From: Pseudomonadales bacterium | GTDB taxonomy: Bacteria > Pseudomonadota > Gammaproteobacteria > Pseudomonadales > GM7GCV1 | Reading direction: 5' to 3' | DNA: 33,449 bases | Assembly: GCA_041595415.1 (NCBI GenBank) | Contig: JBFHKI010000001.1 | Location: 1-33,449 of the forward strand | In this document: positions 19,488-33,078 of the stretch, piece by piece | Position numbering within the stretch: the stretch's first letter is position 1 | Layout: each line of letters starts with the position of its first letter | Made by a program: the position numbers and the translations under genes | The notes under the pieces: generated by a model | What the model saw: only the letters and a program-made list of their open reading frames with translations | Told to the model about the DNA's origin: nothing | Database searches by the model: none

Positions 19488-19928
19488 CTAGGTGTTTTCG
19501 TCGATCATTTCTAAGGGATATCTGCTGCCGTTCAGGAATCTTCTTATATCCTTGGCGACTAAGGGGCTGCGGTGGTTGTCGCGGGCCAGAATCTCATCAG
19601 CGGTTAGCCAGATTGCCCGCTCGATATCCGGGTCCAGATGGTCAGATGGTTCCTGAGCAGGGCAGTTGGCGAGAAAACTGACGCGATAGTAGGTGATGCC
19701 ATTTGTTGCGTTCAGCACGGAAATGCCGAGCAGGGCTTCGAGTTCTACCTGGTAGCCTGTTTCTTCAAGAGTTTCTCTAAGCGCAGCCGCAGTCAGGGTT
19801 TCACCAGCTTCGACATGACCTGCCGGCTGGTTCAGAACCAATTTTCCTTGATCACGCTCTTCAACCATAAGTAAGTGTTGGTCGCGGTAGCAGAGAGTGG
19901 CAACGGTGAGATGGATTTGTTCCTGCAT
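19488..19928 (-). CDS. nudJ: NUDIX hydrolase, NudJ-like
   Basis: The Nudix box GHVEAGETLTAAALRETLEETGY is present. NQPAGH... and the C-terminal ...HRSPLVAKDIRRFLNGSRYPLEMI resemble E. coli NudJ. I chose ATG 19928 because it is preceded by AAGGAA. The ORF-track TTG at 19955 adds 9 residues. Confidence 0.85.
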   Translation of the reverse strand: MQEQIHLTVATLCYRDQHLLMVEERDQGKLVLNQPAGHVEAGETLTAAALRETLEETGYQVELEALLGISVLNATNGITYYRVSFLANCPAQEPSDHLDPDIERAIWLTADEILARDNHRSPLVAKDIRRFLNGSRYPLEMIDENT

Positions 19929-19998
19929 AGGGTTTCCTTGGGAAAACAAGTTCAAAGAGGGTAGCTCTCAATTACAAATAAGTATCGCTTTACTGTAG

Positions 19999-22347
<2,349 letters not shown>

Positions 22348-22354
22348 ATCGAAT

Positions 22355-22380
22355 AAAAAAGCACCCTAGGGTGCTTTTTT
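22355..22380. terminator. Bidirectional intrinsic terminator between convergent idh and cspD
   Basis: AAAAAA-GCACCCTAGGGTGC-TTTTTT is a perfect 14-nt palindrome flanked by A6 and T6, so it has a U-tract on both strands. Confidence 0.85.
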
Positions 22381-22385
22381 ATTAA

Positions 22386-22649
22386 CTAATTTTCCGCTTC
22401 AGCGTGTTCCTTTTCAGGGCTTGCAACAGCTTCGCTGTTCTCGCCCTCAATGGGAGCGATGTTTTCAGCATGCTGCCCCTTGTCTCCATCCACTAAATCA
22501 AAGGATACAGACTGACCCGCTTTAAGCGTGCGATAGCCTTCCATATTGATTGCTGAGTAATGTGCGAATACATCTACATCGCTATCATTTGGCAATATAA
22601 ATCCGTATCCCTTGGCGTTATTAAACCATTTTACTGTTCCGGTCGGCAT
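22386..22649 (-). CDS. cspD: Cold-shock-domain protein CspD-like (stationary-phase replication inhibitor family)
   Basis: MPTGTVKWFNNAKGYGFILP...FAHYSAINMEGYRTLKAGQSVSFD matches the CspD signature. It has an acidic C-terminal tail. ATG 22649 is preferred. The ORF-track GTG at 22658 lies only 2 nt after GGAGG. Confidence 0.9.
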   Translation of the reverse strand: MPTGTVKWFNNAKGYGFILPNDSDVDVFAHYSAINMEGYRTLKAGQSVSFDLVDGDKGQHAENIAPIEGENSEAVASPEKEHAEAEN

Positions 22650-22770
22650 AGACGACACCCCCCCTCCGGTTGGTCATTTTATAATTCAGGCTCAGTTTCC
22701 TATGACCGAAGAAACTGCCTGATAGAAAAATGGACGAGAAAGTCTTTTATGTCAAGATTTCGCCCCGATA

Positions 22771-22798
22771 TTGACAGTCAGGGATGAATGACAATATT
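22771..22798 (+). promoter_or_regulatory. Possible clpS promoter (TTGACA-N16-AATATT) inside the imperfect inverted repeat ATATTGACA-N12-TGACAATAT
   Basis: Read directly. There is a consensus -35 at 22771-22776 and a weaker -10. The inverted repeat at 22768-22776 and 22789-22797 has 8/9 complementary positions. Confidence 0.3.
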
Positions 22799-22871
22799 GA
22801 TGGGTTGTTGTTCAGATTAAGCAAAAACAGACTGGCCATGGGTTAGAATCAACTCAAGAGGAAAGAATTTT

Positions 22872-23219
22872 ATGTCTGACAAACCTGACCAGGGTGGCTT
22901 TGACTCCGATGGCGGACTTTTACTCGAGGAAGAAAAGCCCAAGCTAAAACGTCCGCCACGCTATAAAGTTGTAATACTTAACGACGACTACACTCCCATG
23001 GAGTTTGTTGTCGAGATACTGGAGCACTTTTTTTCCATGAATCGGGAAAAGGCGACCCAGATAATGCTGACGATTCATACACAGGGTAAAGCGGTGGTTG
23101 GCATATACCCCCGCGATATTGCCGAGACCAAATCACATTTGGTTAACCTATATGCACGCGAACACGAACATCCTCTATTGTCGGACGTTGAGCCGGCAGC
23201 AGATGATGACGAGGAGTAA
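22872..23219 (+). CDS. clpS: ATP-dependent Clp protease adaptor ClpS (N-degron recognin)
   Basis: 115 aa. The core [27 protein letters not shown]...HTQGKAVVG is present. It is immediately upstream of clpA. Confidence 0.95.
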   Translation: MSDKPDQGGFDSDGGLLLEEEKPKLKRPPRYKVVILNDDYTPMEFVVEILEHFFSMNREKATQIMLTIHTQGKAVVGIYPRDIAETKSHLVNLYAREHEHPLLSDVEPAADDDEE

Positions 23220-23224
23220 GAAAA

Positions 23225-25498
23225 GTGCTGAGTAGAGACCTTGAATTATCTCTAAACATGGCGTTCCAGGACGCCCGCAATCGCGGTCACGAATTTATGA
23301 CAGTAGAGCATCTGTTATTGGCTCTACTGGATAACCAGGCCGCTGTAGATGTCTTGCGTGGTTGTGGCGCAGATTTGTTTTCGCTACGCGATAATCTGAC
23401 CGAATATATCGAGACCACCACACCGGTGCTGGAGGAAGACCAGCTTGAACGCGAAGTGCAACCGACACTGGGTTTCCAGCGCGTGTTGCAGCGTGCCATA
23501 TTTCATGTCCAGTCCTCTGGCCGAGAAGAGTGTACAGGTGCCAATGTATTGGTAGCCATATACAGTGAGTCGGACAGTCAGGCGGTATATTTTCTGAAGT
23601 CTCAGGATATCAACCGTATAGACGTTGTGAACTATATTAGTCATGGCAGTTCAGTGACGGGTGACTTGTCACCTATGGAAGAGCAGGACAGTGAGACTGA
23701 AGGTTCCGAATCTCCCGCAAAACGACCCCTTGATGAATTTGCTGTCAATCTGAACGAGCAAGCGCGCAATGATGAGATAGACCCTCTTATCGGTCGTTTA
23801 CAGGAGGTTGAGCGCGTTTCGCAAATTTTGGCACGGCGACGAAAAAACAATCCTTTATTGGTTGGAGAGTCCGGAGTAGGGAAGACCGCAATTGCCGAAG
23901 GTCTGGCCCGGTTAATCGTGGATGACAAGGTTCCTGAGTTGCTCAAAGAGAGCACGGTTTATGCTCTGGATCTCGGAGCCCTGTTAGCGGGAACAAAATA
24001 TCGGGGCGATTTTGAGAAGCGCTTTAAAGGCGTTTTATCCGACCTGATTGCGGAACCCAAGGCCATCCTCTTTATCGATGAGATTCATACCATCATCGGC
24101 GCCGGAGCGGCCTCGGGTGGTGTTATGGATGCTTCAAACCTTCTCAAACCGGTTCTTACCTCAGGCAAGATACGTATTATTGGTTCGACCACTTATCAGG
24201 AATATCGCGGTATATTTGACAAGGATCGCGCCTTGTCGAGGCGCTTCCAGAAAGTAGACGTGCCCGAACCCTCTGTTGAAGACAGCATTGCGATCCTTAA
24301 AGGATTGCGGTCACGCTTTGAGGATCACTACGGTCTCAAATACTCCGATGGAGCTATTGAGAGCGCCGTCAAGTTGGCCTCAAGACACATTACCGATCGC
24401 TTTTTGCCGGATAAAGCCATTGATGTTATCGATGAAGCTGGTGCATACCAATCCCTGCAAGATGCGGATTCACGCAAGCAGCTGATAGAAGCCACCGATG
24501 TGGAAAGAGTGGTCAGCAAGATCGCCCGAATTCCGGAGAAAAGTGTCTCCAGTTCCGATAAAGAACAACTGCGCAATCTTTCCGACAAGCTGAAAATGGT
24601 TGTGTTTGGCCAAGATGAGGCCATTGAGTCTCTGGCAACGGCGATAAAACTTTCCCGTGCGGGCTTGAAAGGTAGTGATAAACCGATTGGTTCCTTTTTG
24701 TTTTCCGGTCCAACGGGAGTGGGTAAAACCGAGGTCACCAAACAGCTGGCAAATGTATTGGGGATCGAGCTAATCCGTTTTGATATGTCGGAATATATGG
24801 AGCGGCATACGGTGTCTCGTTTGATCGGAGCTCCTCCTGGTTATGTTGGCTTTGATCAAGGGGGGCTGTTGACGGATGCGGTTACCAAACATCCTCACTC
24901 GGTGGTGCTGCTCGATGAAATCGAGAAGGCTCACCCTGAAGTATTCAACCTGTTGTTACAGGTGATGGATCACGGAACGCTGACTGACAATAACGGACGC
25001 AGTGCTGATTTTCGCAACGTGATATTGGTGATGACCACTAATGCCGGTGCTGAGGTTATGGCGCGAGCTTCTATTGGTTTTACCGAACAGAACCATCAAA
25101 GTGATGGTATGGAAGCCATTAAAAAGGCCTTTACTCCAGAATTCCGCAATCGTCTGGATGCCATAGTGCCCTTCGCACCACTGCAGTTGGAGGTTGTCAA
25201 AACAGTAGTGGATAAGTTTTTGGTCGAGTTGCAGGCGCAACTGGATGAAAAGCAGGTGCAGATTGAAGTGGATGAGGCGGCGCGCCTTTGGCTTGCCGAG
25301 CAGGGCTACGATGACAAAATGGGCGCTCGCCCTATGGCTCGCCTGATCAGTGAGAAAATCAAGAAACCCTTGGCCGAGCAACTGCTATTCGGCGAGTTGG
25401 CCGAGAATGGTGGAATTGTTTCGGTTGAGCTGGAAGATGATGAGCTCAAACTGAGCTACGAATCGCACCAGAACAAAAAAGAATTGGTTGAGGCTTAG
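23225..25498 (+). CDS. clpA: ATP-dependent Clp protease ATP-binding subunit ClpA
   Basis: 757 aa with a GTG start. N-domain is MLSRDLELSLNMAFQDARNRGHEFMTVEHLLLALL. There are two AAA+ modules, with Walker A motifs GESGVGKT and GPTGVGKT. Confidence 0.97.
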   Translation: MLSRDLELSLNMAFQDARNRGHEFMTVEHLLLALLDNQAAVDVLRGCGADLFSLRDNLTEYIETTTPVLEEDQLEREVQPTLGFQRVLQRAIFHVQSSGREECTGANVLVAIYSESDSQAVYFLKSQDINRIDVVNYISHGSSVTGDLSPMEEQDSETEGSESPAKRPLDEFAVNLNEQARNDEIDPLIGRLQEVERVSQILARRRKNNPLLVGESGVGKTAIAEGLARLIVDDKVPELLKESTVYALDLGALLAGTKYRGDFEKRFKGVLSDLIAEPKAILFIDEIHTIIGAGAASGGVMDASNLLKPVLTSGKIRIIGSTTYQEYRGIFDKDRALSRRFQKVDVPEPSVEDSIAILKGLRSRFEDHYGLKYSDGAIESAVKLASRHITDRFLPDKAIDVIDEAGAYQSLQDADSRKQLIEATDVERVVSKIARIPEKSVSSSDKEQLRNLSDKLKMVVFGQDEAIESLATAIKLSRAGLKGSDKPIGSFLFSGPTGVGKTEVTKQLANVLGIELIRFDMSEYMERHTVSRLIGAPPGYVGFDQGGLLTDAVTKHPHSVVLLDEIEKAHPEVFNLLLQVMDHGTLTDNNGRSADFRNVILVMTTNAGAEVMARASIGFTEQNHQSDGMEAIKKAFTPEFRNRLDAIVPFAPLQLEVVKTVVDKFLVELQAQLDEKQVQIEVDEAARLWLAEQGYDDKMGARPMARLISEKIKKPLAEQLLFGELAENGGIVSVELEDDELKLSYESHQNKKELVEA

Positions 25499-25517
25499 GT
25501 CAGCGCCGGAACCTCTG

Positions 25518-25547
25518 GATAATCTTCAGTCTGTACTGAAGATTATC
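25518..25547. other. Perfect 12-bp-stem hairpin (GATAATCTTCAG-TCTGTA-CTGAAGATTATC) at the clpA/infA convergence
   Basis: Read directly. The right arm overlaps the infA stop codon (25543-25545) and its last sense codon. Neither strand has a flanking U-tract, so it is not a canonical intrinsic terminator. Confidence 0.5.
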
Positions 25548-25761
25548 TGGATCGGAATGTAATTCTGCCTTTGCTTAGATCGTAAGGGGTCATTTCGACC
25601 TTTACTTTGTCTCCGGTCAGGATGCGAATATAGTTTTTACGCATTTTGCCGGAAATGTGAGCTGTGATTACGTGATCGTTTTCCAGTTTAACCCTGAAGG
25701 TTGTATTGGGAAGTGAGTCGATAACCTCGCCTTCAAATTCAATTACATCGTCTTTTGCCAT
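25543..25761 (-). CDS. infA: Translation initiation factor IF-1
   Basis: 72 aa: [72 protein letters not shown]. Confidence 0.98.
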   Translation of the reverse strand: MAKDDVIEFEGEVIDSLPNTTFRVKLENDHVITAHISGKMRKNYIRILTGDKVKVEMTPYDLSKGRITFRSR

Positions 25762-25818
25762 TCAATAAATTACCTGTCTTTTTTAAAGGTGGCGCATTTT
25801 GCCATCAGTAGCCCAGAA

Positions 25819-26538
25819 TCAAAAGGGCAGAGTGCGCCATTCGCCCATTTCCAGTATTTCACAGGGCTGAAACTGGTCCTTGTAGCGCATTTTTCTGGAT
25901 TCTTTGATCCAATACCCCAAATATACGTAGGCGAGCTCAAGGCGTTTGGCGATATTGATTTGCGCCAAAATGGCATAACTTCCCAGACTTCGGTCCTGAA
26001 GTTTGGGGTCAAAGAAGCTATAAATGGCCGACAGACCATAGGGAAGGAAGTCACAGACGGCGACCATCACCAATTGATCGGTGTGAAATTCGATATAACG
26101 GGTCCATTCCGGTGCATTACAGATGAAGTTGTCGAATTGCTCTCGATCCGGCGGGTACATATCGCCGTCCTTATGGCGTTCAAGAATATAGCTTTGGTAG
26201 AGAGAAAAATATTCGTCCGCCCGAGGCTGGGTTTCAATACGGACGACCAGATCACTGTTTTTCTTGAGAATACGTTTGTGCGATTTACGTGGCGAAAATT
26301 CCTGAGCCAGCACTCTGAGAGGCTTGCATTCGGAGCAATTTTCACAGTTGGGCCGATAATAGTGTGCACCACTACGGCGAAAGCCAGCATCGTTGATGGC
26401 CTGATAGGTTTGTAGGTTAATTTGTTCTTCGGGGGATACAAATTCCGTCGTGGCAATCAGGTCGGGTAGATAACTACAACTGTGCGGTTCAGTCCGCAGC
26501 AGTTGTATGGTGGTTGTATTTCGTTCAGTTGAGTTCAC
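25819..26538 (-). CDS. bpt: Aspartate/glutamate leucyltransferase (bacterial Ate1-like arginyl/leucyl-tRNA--protein transferase)
   Basis: 239 aa with ...CSYLPD...GFRRSGAHYYRPNCENCSECKPLRV... and a C-terminal ATE_C-like region (YVYLGYWI). It lies next to aat, as in Pseudomonas and Vibrio. Confidence 0.9.
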   Translation of the reverse strand: MNSTERNTTTIQLLRTEPHSCSYLPDLIATTEFVSPEEQINLQTYQAINDAGFRRSGAHYYRPNCENCSECKPLRVLAQEFSPRKSHKRILKKNSDLVVRIETQPRADEYFSLYQSYILERHKDGDMYPPDREQFDNFICNAPEWTRYIEFHTDQLVMVAVCDFLPYGLSAIYSFFDPKLQDRSLGSYAILAQINIAKRLELAYVYLGYWIKESRKMRYKDQFQPCEILEMGEWRTLPF

Positions 26539-26569
26539 TGCCTGACCCCGGCATTTTTAAGCGCAGATG

Positions 26570-27262
26570 CTAACGTAAATCCGGAGCGAATGTGTGCGGC
26601 CATTCGATTTCACAATGACTTGAATCCCGAATTTTTTGCAGATATTGGTTTCTGGGGATAGCGCACGAACCGAGAGAGCGTAGATGCGGCGTTTCGAATT
26701 GGCAGTCAATAAGCCCGAAGCCTTGTTCAAATAGTCTATCAGCCATACAGAGGTAGGCGAGTTTCGATGCGTTATTGACTCGATGAAACATGGACTCACC
26801 ACAAAATACGGCACCGATGGCAATTCCATACAAACCACCGACAAGCTGGTTTTTTTGCCAGACCTCGATGGAGTGGGCGACACCGAGGTTATGCAGCTCG
26901 GTGTAGGCGGCGATCATGTCATCGGTAATCCAGTGATTGCTGTCTTCCTGTCGTGCGCAGGCGCGTATGACCGAATCAAAAGCTTTGTCCGTGCTTATTT
27001 TCAGCTCGGTATCTCTGGCCATTTTGCGCATGCTTTTTGACCAGTGTTGCATACCGGGCAAAACCACTTCACGCGGATCGGGTGACCACCACATCACCGG
27101 ACTTTGCCGGTCATACCAAGGAAAGATGCCTTTTTTATAGGCATCAAGCAGAAGGGCGGTCGAGAGTTCGCCGCCCAGAGCCAGAAGTCCGTTAGGTTCT
27201 TTCGCTGCAGTATCCGGGTCTGGAAATTCCGGCCGGCTCGGATCCAGTAGCGTCCAGCTCAT
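26570..27262 (-). CDS. aat: Leucyl/phenylalanyl-tRNA--protein transferase
   Basis: 230 aa with EPNGLLALGGELSTALLLDAYKKGIFPWY, MWWSPDPR and GESMFH motifs. Confidence 0.95.
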   Translation of the reverse strand: MSWTLLDPSRPEFPDPDTAAKEPNGLLALGGELSTALLLDAYKKGIFPWYDRQSPVMWWSPDPREVVLPGMQHWSKSMRKMARDTELKISTDKAFDSVIRACARQEDSNHWITDDMIAAYTELHNLGVAHSIEVWQKNQLVGGLYGIAIGAVFCGESMFHRVNNASKLAYLCMADRLFEQGFGLIDCQFETPHLRSLGSCAIPRNQYLQKIRDSSHCEIEWPHTFAPDLR

Positions 27263-27273
27263 CGAAGCTGTTA

Positions 27274-28293
<1,020 letters not shown>

Positions 28294-28377
28294 TCAATAT
28301 TAGGCATTGAAGATGCAAATCGTTGCTCAGGCGGCGATAATGACGAGCTATATAGCCATAGACTTAATGGAAATCGA

Positions 28378-30732
28378 TTGAGTAAATCAAATAAAGCGCA
28401 AACCCTATCGGCGAACGAGGATCGTAGCAGTCGGATTCTTCGTGAAGGCGCGCTCATTCTCTGGGCCGTTTTGGCAATCTATCTATTGGTTGCATTACTA
28501 ACATACAACGGCCAGGACCCGGGTTGGTCCCGCACCAGTACAACCGCCAGGGTGCAGAATGCCGGCGGTAGCCTCGGCGCCTGGTTGGCCGATTTCCTGC
28601 TGGTGATCTTTGGTTATCTTGCCTATCTGTTACCCTTCCTTGTAGCGCATCGGGTATGGAAGGTCTTCCGGTCGCATGCGACACCCGCCAAGGCTCTGGA
28701 TTGGTCACTTATAGCACTGCGTGTACTGGGTTTTGTTCTGGTAATGAGCTGCGGTTGTGGAATTATCTATTTAAACCATCTGGCGGCAAGTAACTTGCCT
28801 CAGGGAGCAGCCGGTATTGTTGGCTATCTGGTGGGTGAAGCCAGTTTGAAGCTGCTTGGCTTTTACGGTTCCAACCTGGTTTTTCTTGCCGCTTTGCTCT
28901 TTGGTATTACCCTTTTTACCGGGCTTTCCTGGTTAAGGCTTTTTGATTCAACAGGCCGACTGGCGGTTTTTCTATGGAATAGGGCCTGCTTTCAGGTTCA
29001 GATTATTCGGGGCCGGTTACAGGAAAAACGCGAACGCAAAGCGGTTCAAAATAAACGTGAGCGTTCTTTGGAAACACATAAAGAAAAAACCGCTAAACGG
29101 GTGGCACCAAAGATACAACCACCACCTGCGAAACCCAAACCTTCGGAACGGGCGCAGACGGAGAAGCAGTCCTCCCTGTTTCAGGAAATACAGTCCGATA
29201 GTCTGCCAGCCCTGGGCTTATTGGATCCGGCGAGAGAGGAAGACAAACGCGGCTTCTCGGAAGAATCTCTTGAGGCGATGTCGAGGTTACTCGAACTCAA
29301 ACTGCTGGATTTTGGTGTAGAGGCCGAAGTAGTGGCAGTAATGCCCGGGCCGGTTGTTACCCGCTTCGAGATTCAGCCTTCTGCGGGTACCAAAGCCAGC
29401 AAGATAACCAATCTGGCCCGGGACTTGGCCCGCTCTCTGGCCGTGATAAGTGTGCGTGTGGTTGAGGTTATACCGGGCAAATCGGTTATCGGTATCGAGA
29501 TACCCAATGAAAACCGGGAGATAGTGCGGCTCAGTCAGGTTATTTCATCCTCTGAATACGAAGATTCCAAATCCAAGCTGACCTTGGCTTTGGGGCACGA
29601 TATATCCGGTTCCACCGTGGTAGCAGATCTCGCGCGTATGCCGCATCTGCTGGTGGCAGGTACCACAGGTTCGGGTAAGTCCGTCGCGGTGAATGTGATG
29701 CTCCTGAGCCTTCTGTACAAATCTACTCCCGAGGATGTTCGTCTTATTCTGGTTGATCCAAAAATGCTGGAATTGGCCGTCTATGAGGGTATCCCCCATC
29801 TTTTAACCCCTGTTATTACCGATATGAAGGATGCAGCAAATGGTCTGCGCTGGTGTGTCGGTGAAATGGAGCGCCGCTACAAACTGATGGCGCAACTGGG
29901 TGTGCGTAATCTGGCAGGTTATAACCGCAAGGTGGAAGAGGCTATCGCGGCCGGGGAACCCATCAAGGATCCGTTTTGGAAGCCGGACGAAGTGGTTGGC
30001 CTTGATCAGCAGATGGCAGGTGAAGGTTATGAAGACGCTCCAATTCTGAACAAGTTGCCCTGCATTGTTGTGGTGATCGATGAATTTGCCGACATGATGA
30101 TGATTGTCGACAAAAAGAAGGTAGAGCAGCTTATTTCGCGTATTGCCCAGAAAGCCAGGGCCGCAGGTATTCATCTTATTCTGGCTACGCAGCGTCCTTC
30201 GGTTGATGTTATTACCGGGTTGATCAAGGCAAATGTTCCCACTCGTATCGCTTTTCAGGTGAGTTCGCGCATCGATTCACGGACTATTCTGGATCAGGGT
30301 GGCGCTGAACAGTTACTGGGTCACGGCGATATGTTGTTCCTGCCGCCAGGCCAAAATACCACCATTCGGGTACATGGTGCTTTTGTCGATGATCATGAGG
30401 TGCATCGGGTTGTCGAGGCTTGGCAGCAACTGGGTGAGCCCGAGTACGTTGATGGAATTACCGATGAAGAATTAACCAAGTCTATTCCGGTGCCCGGTTT
30501 AACCACGGATTCCGAGGATGGAAATGCCGAAGAAAACGATGCGCTGTACGACGAAGCTGTTGAGTTTGTGTGTCAATCAAGAAAAGCTTCAATTTCTTCG
30601 GTACAGAGAAAGTTGCGTGTTGGCTATAACCGTGCAGCGCGCCTTATCGAAGCCATGGAAGCTGCCGGGGTGGTCACTGAGATGCAGCCAAATGGAAATC
30701 GTGAAGTTATTGCACCGGCTCCCAGAGATTAA
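28378..30732 (+). CDS. ftsK: DNA translocase FtsK
   Basis: 784 aa with a TTG start. It has N-terminal membrane helices, a short Pro/Lys/Glu linker, a motor domain with Walker A GTTGSGKS, and a C-terminal gamma winged-helix domain ([30 protein letters not shown]). Confidence 0.95.
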   Translation: MSKSNKAQTLSANEDRSSRILREGALILWAVLAIYLLVALLTYNGQDPGWSRTSTTARVQNAGGSLGAWLADFLLVIFGYLAYLLPFLVAHRVWKVFRSHATPAKALDWSLIALRVLGFVLVMSCGCGIIYLNHLAASNLPQGAAGIVGYLVGEASLKLLGFYGSNLVFLAALLFGITLFTGLSWLRLFDSTGRLAVFLWNRACFQVQIIRGRLQEKRERKAVQNKRERSLETHKEKTAKRVAPKIQPPPAKPKPSERAQTEKQSSLFQEIQSDSLPALGLLDPAREEDKRGFSEESLEAMSRLLELKLLDFGVEAEVVAVMPGPVVTRFEIQPSAGTKASKITNLARDLARSLAVISVRVVEVIPGKSVIGIEIPNENREIVRLSQVISSSEYEDSKSKLTLALGHDISGSTVVADLARMPHLLVAGTTGSGKSVAVNVMLLSLLYKSTPEDVRLILVDPKMLELAVYEGIPHLLTPVITDMKDAANGLRWCVGEMERRYKLMAQLGVRNLAGYNRKVEEAIAAGEPIKDPFWKPDEVVGLDQQMAGEGYEDAPILNKLPCIVVVIDEFADMMMIVDKKKVEQLISRIAQKARAAGIHLILATQRPSVDVITGLIKANVPTRIAFQVSSRIDSRTILDQGGAEQLLGHGDMLFLPPGQNTTIRVHGAFVDDHEVHRVVEAWQQLGEPEYVDGITDEELTKSIPVPGLTTDSEDGNAEENDALYDEAVEFVCQSRKASISSVQRKLRVGYNRAARLIEAMEAAGVVTEMQPNGNREVIAPAPRD

Positions 30733-30736
30733 AGCT

Positions 30737-31351
30737 ATGAAGCGGTTTTTTTACCCTTTTTATATCCTGTTGTCTTGTCTTTCGTTTTGGAGTGTCGCCT
30801 CATGGACAAGCGCTCAGGAGCCAATTCTTATTCTTGAAGGAGTGGAGTCGGCTGCAGGAGAATTTGAGCAAATAATCCGAGAGCAAGACGGCTATGTAGT
30901 GGATCGTCAAACTGGAAGTTTTGTTATTCAGCGGCCGCGGCAATTGCGATGGCAAATCGCTGAGCTCGATCAGTTGCTGATAAGTGATGGGGAACAGTTG
31001 TATCTCTACGACGAACTTTTTCAACAGGTAGTGATTCGTCAATGGAGTTCTAATCCGGCTCAAAATCCTGCCGCTATATTGCTGGAAGAAAACGATCTTC
31101 AGGAGTGGGCTCGTATTGAGCAGCAAGGTCAGAACTACCTGCTAACTCCTTTTGAAGACCTTGGCTCTATTCTGGAGGTGCACCTGAGCTTCAGTACCGA
31201 TAGTCAGGACTTCCCGGAACAATTAACCATCCTCGATGCGACGGGGCAAACGACTGAAATACGCTTTTCAGAAGTGCAAATAAATGGAGAGCATCCGGAT
31301 GAGCTATTCCGGTTTCAAATACCCGCAGATGTTGAGGTGCTCTATGAATAA
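30737..31351 (+). CDS. lolA: Outer-membrane lipoprotein carrier protein LolA
   Basis: 204 aa from ATG 30737, 4 nt after the ftsK stop. Signal peptide is MKRFFYPFYILLSCLSFWSVASWTSAQ. ftsK-lolA synteny is conserved. The ORF-track start at 30518 lies inside ftsK. Confidence 0.85.
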   Translation: MKRFFYPFYILLSCLSFWSVASWTSAQEPILILEGVESAAGEFEQIIREQDGYVVDRQTGSFVIQRPRQLRWQIAELDQLLISDGEQLYLYDELFQQVVIRQWSSNPAQNPAAILLEENDLQEWARIEQQGQNYLLTPFEDLGSILEVHLSFSTDSQDFPEQLTILDATGQTTEIRFSEVQINGEHPDELFRFQIPADVEVLYE

Positions 31352-31378
31352 AAATATCCCCGGCAGAGAGAAGCTCCG

Positions 31379-31753
31379 ATGAGCTTATGGGTTTTATGTG
31401 GGGTTGCCCTGGGTGGCGCTTTGGGAGCGAGCTTGAGGTATCTGACCGTTCAATTGGTTGAAACACCCACTGGCTTTCCTCTTGCGACACTCACAGTCAA
31501 TATAATCGGCTCCTTTCTGATAGGCGTTTGTTATGTGCTGATAATGGAAAAAGCCATGCTTTCCGAACTCTGGCGACCAATACTTATGGCCGGTTTTCTC
31601 GGTGGTCTTACCACCTTCAGTGCCTTTTCCCTTGAGGCGGTTGTGCTTTTTGAAGATGGTCGTTGGCAGGTTGCCCTGAGCTATATTGTTTTCAGTATGG
31701 TTTTCTGTATTGTGGCGGCATTTTCGGGCATGCAACTGACCCGGGCGCTTTGA
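31379..31753 (+). CDS. crcB: Fluoride ion channel CrcB/FluC
   Basis: 124 aa with four predicted TM helices. Motifs GGALGASLRY, NIIGSFLIG and FLGGLTTFSAFS are typical of CrcB. Confidence 0.92.
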   Translation: MSLWVLCGVALGGALGASLRYLTVQLVETPTGFPLATLTVNIIGSFLIGVCYVLIMEKAMLSELWRPILMAGFLGGLTTFSAFSLEAVVLFEDGRWQVALSYIVFSMVFCIVAAFSGMQLTRAL

Positions 31754-31789
31754 AGCGAATAGTAAATTTAACCAATATTAGGAGTATAA

Positions 31790-33070
<1,281 letters not shown>

Positions 33071-33078
33071 GTGTGGTA

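Noticed and set aside
29649-29656. An E. coli-type Chi octamer, GCTGGTGG, inside ftsK.
   Set aside because: It is a single occurrence within coding sequence (encoding LLVA). Chi sequences are lineage-specific, and one octamer in 33 kb on two strands is about the chance expectation.
31295-31346. A fluoride-riboswitch-like stem-loop (CCGG-AUGAGCUAUU-CCGG ... GCUC) in the 3' end of lolA.
   Set aside because: Only the P1-loop AUGAG and a 4-bp pseudoknot possibility match. The conserved AA-nn-GCC / GGCUGAUGA segments and the P3 hairpin are absent, and the sequence is coding. It needs an Infernal scan to settle, but by eye it does not fit.
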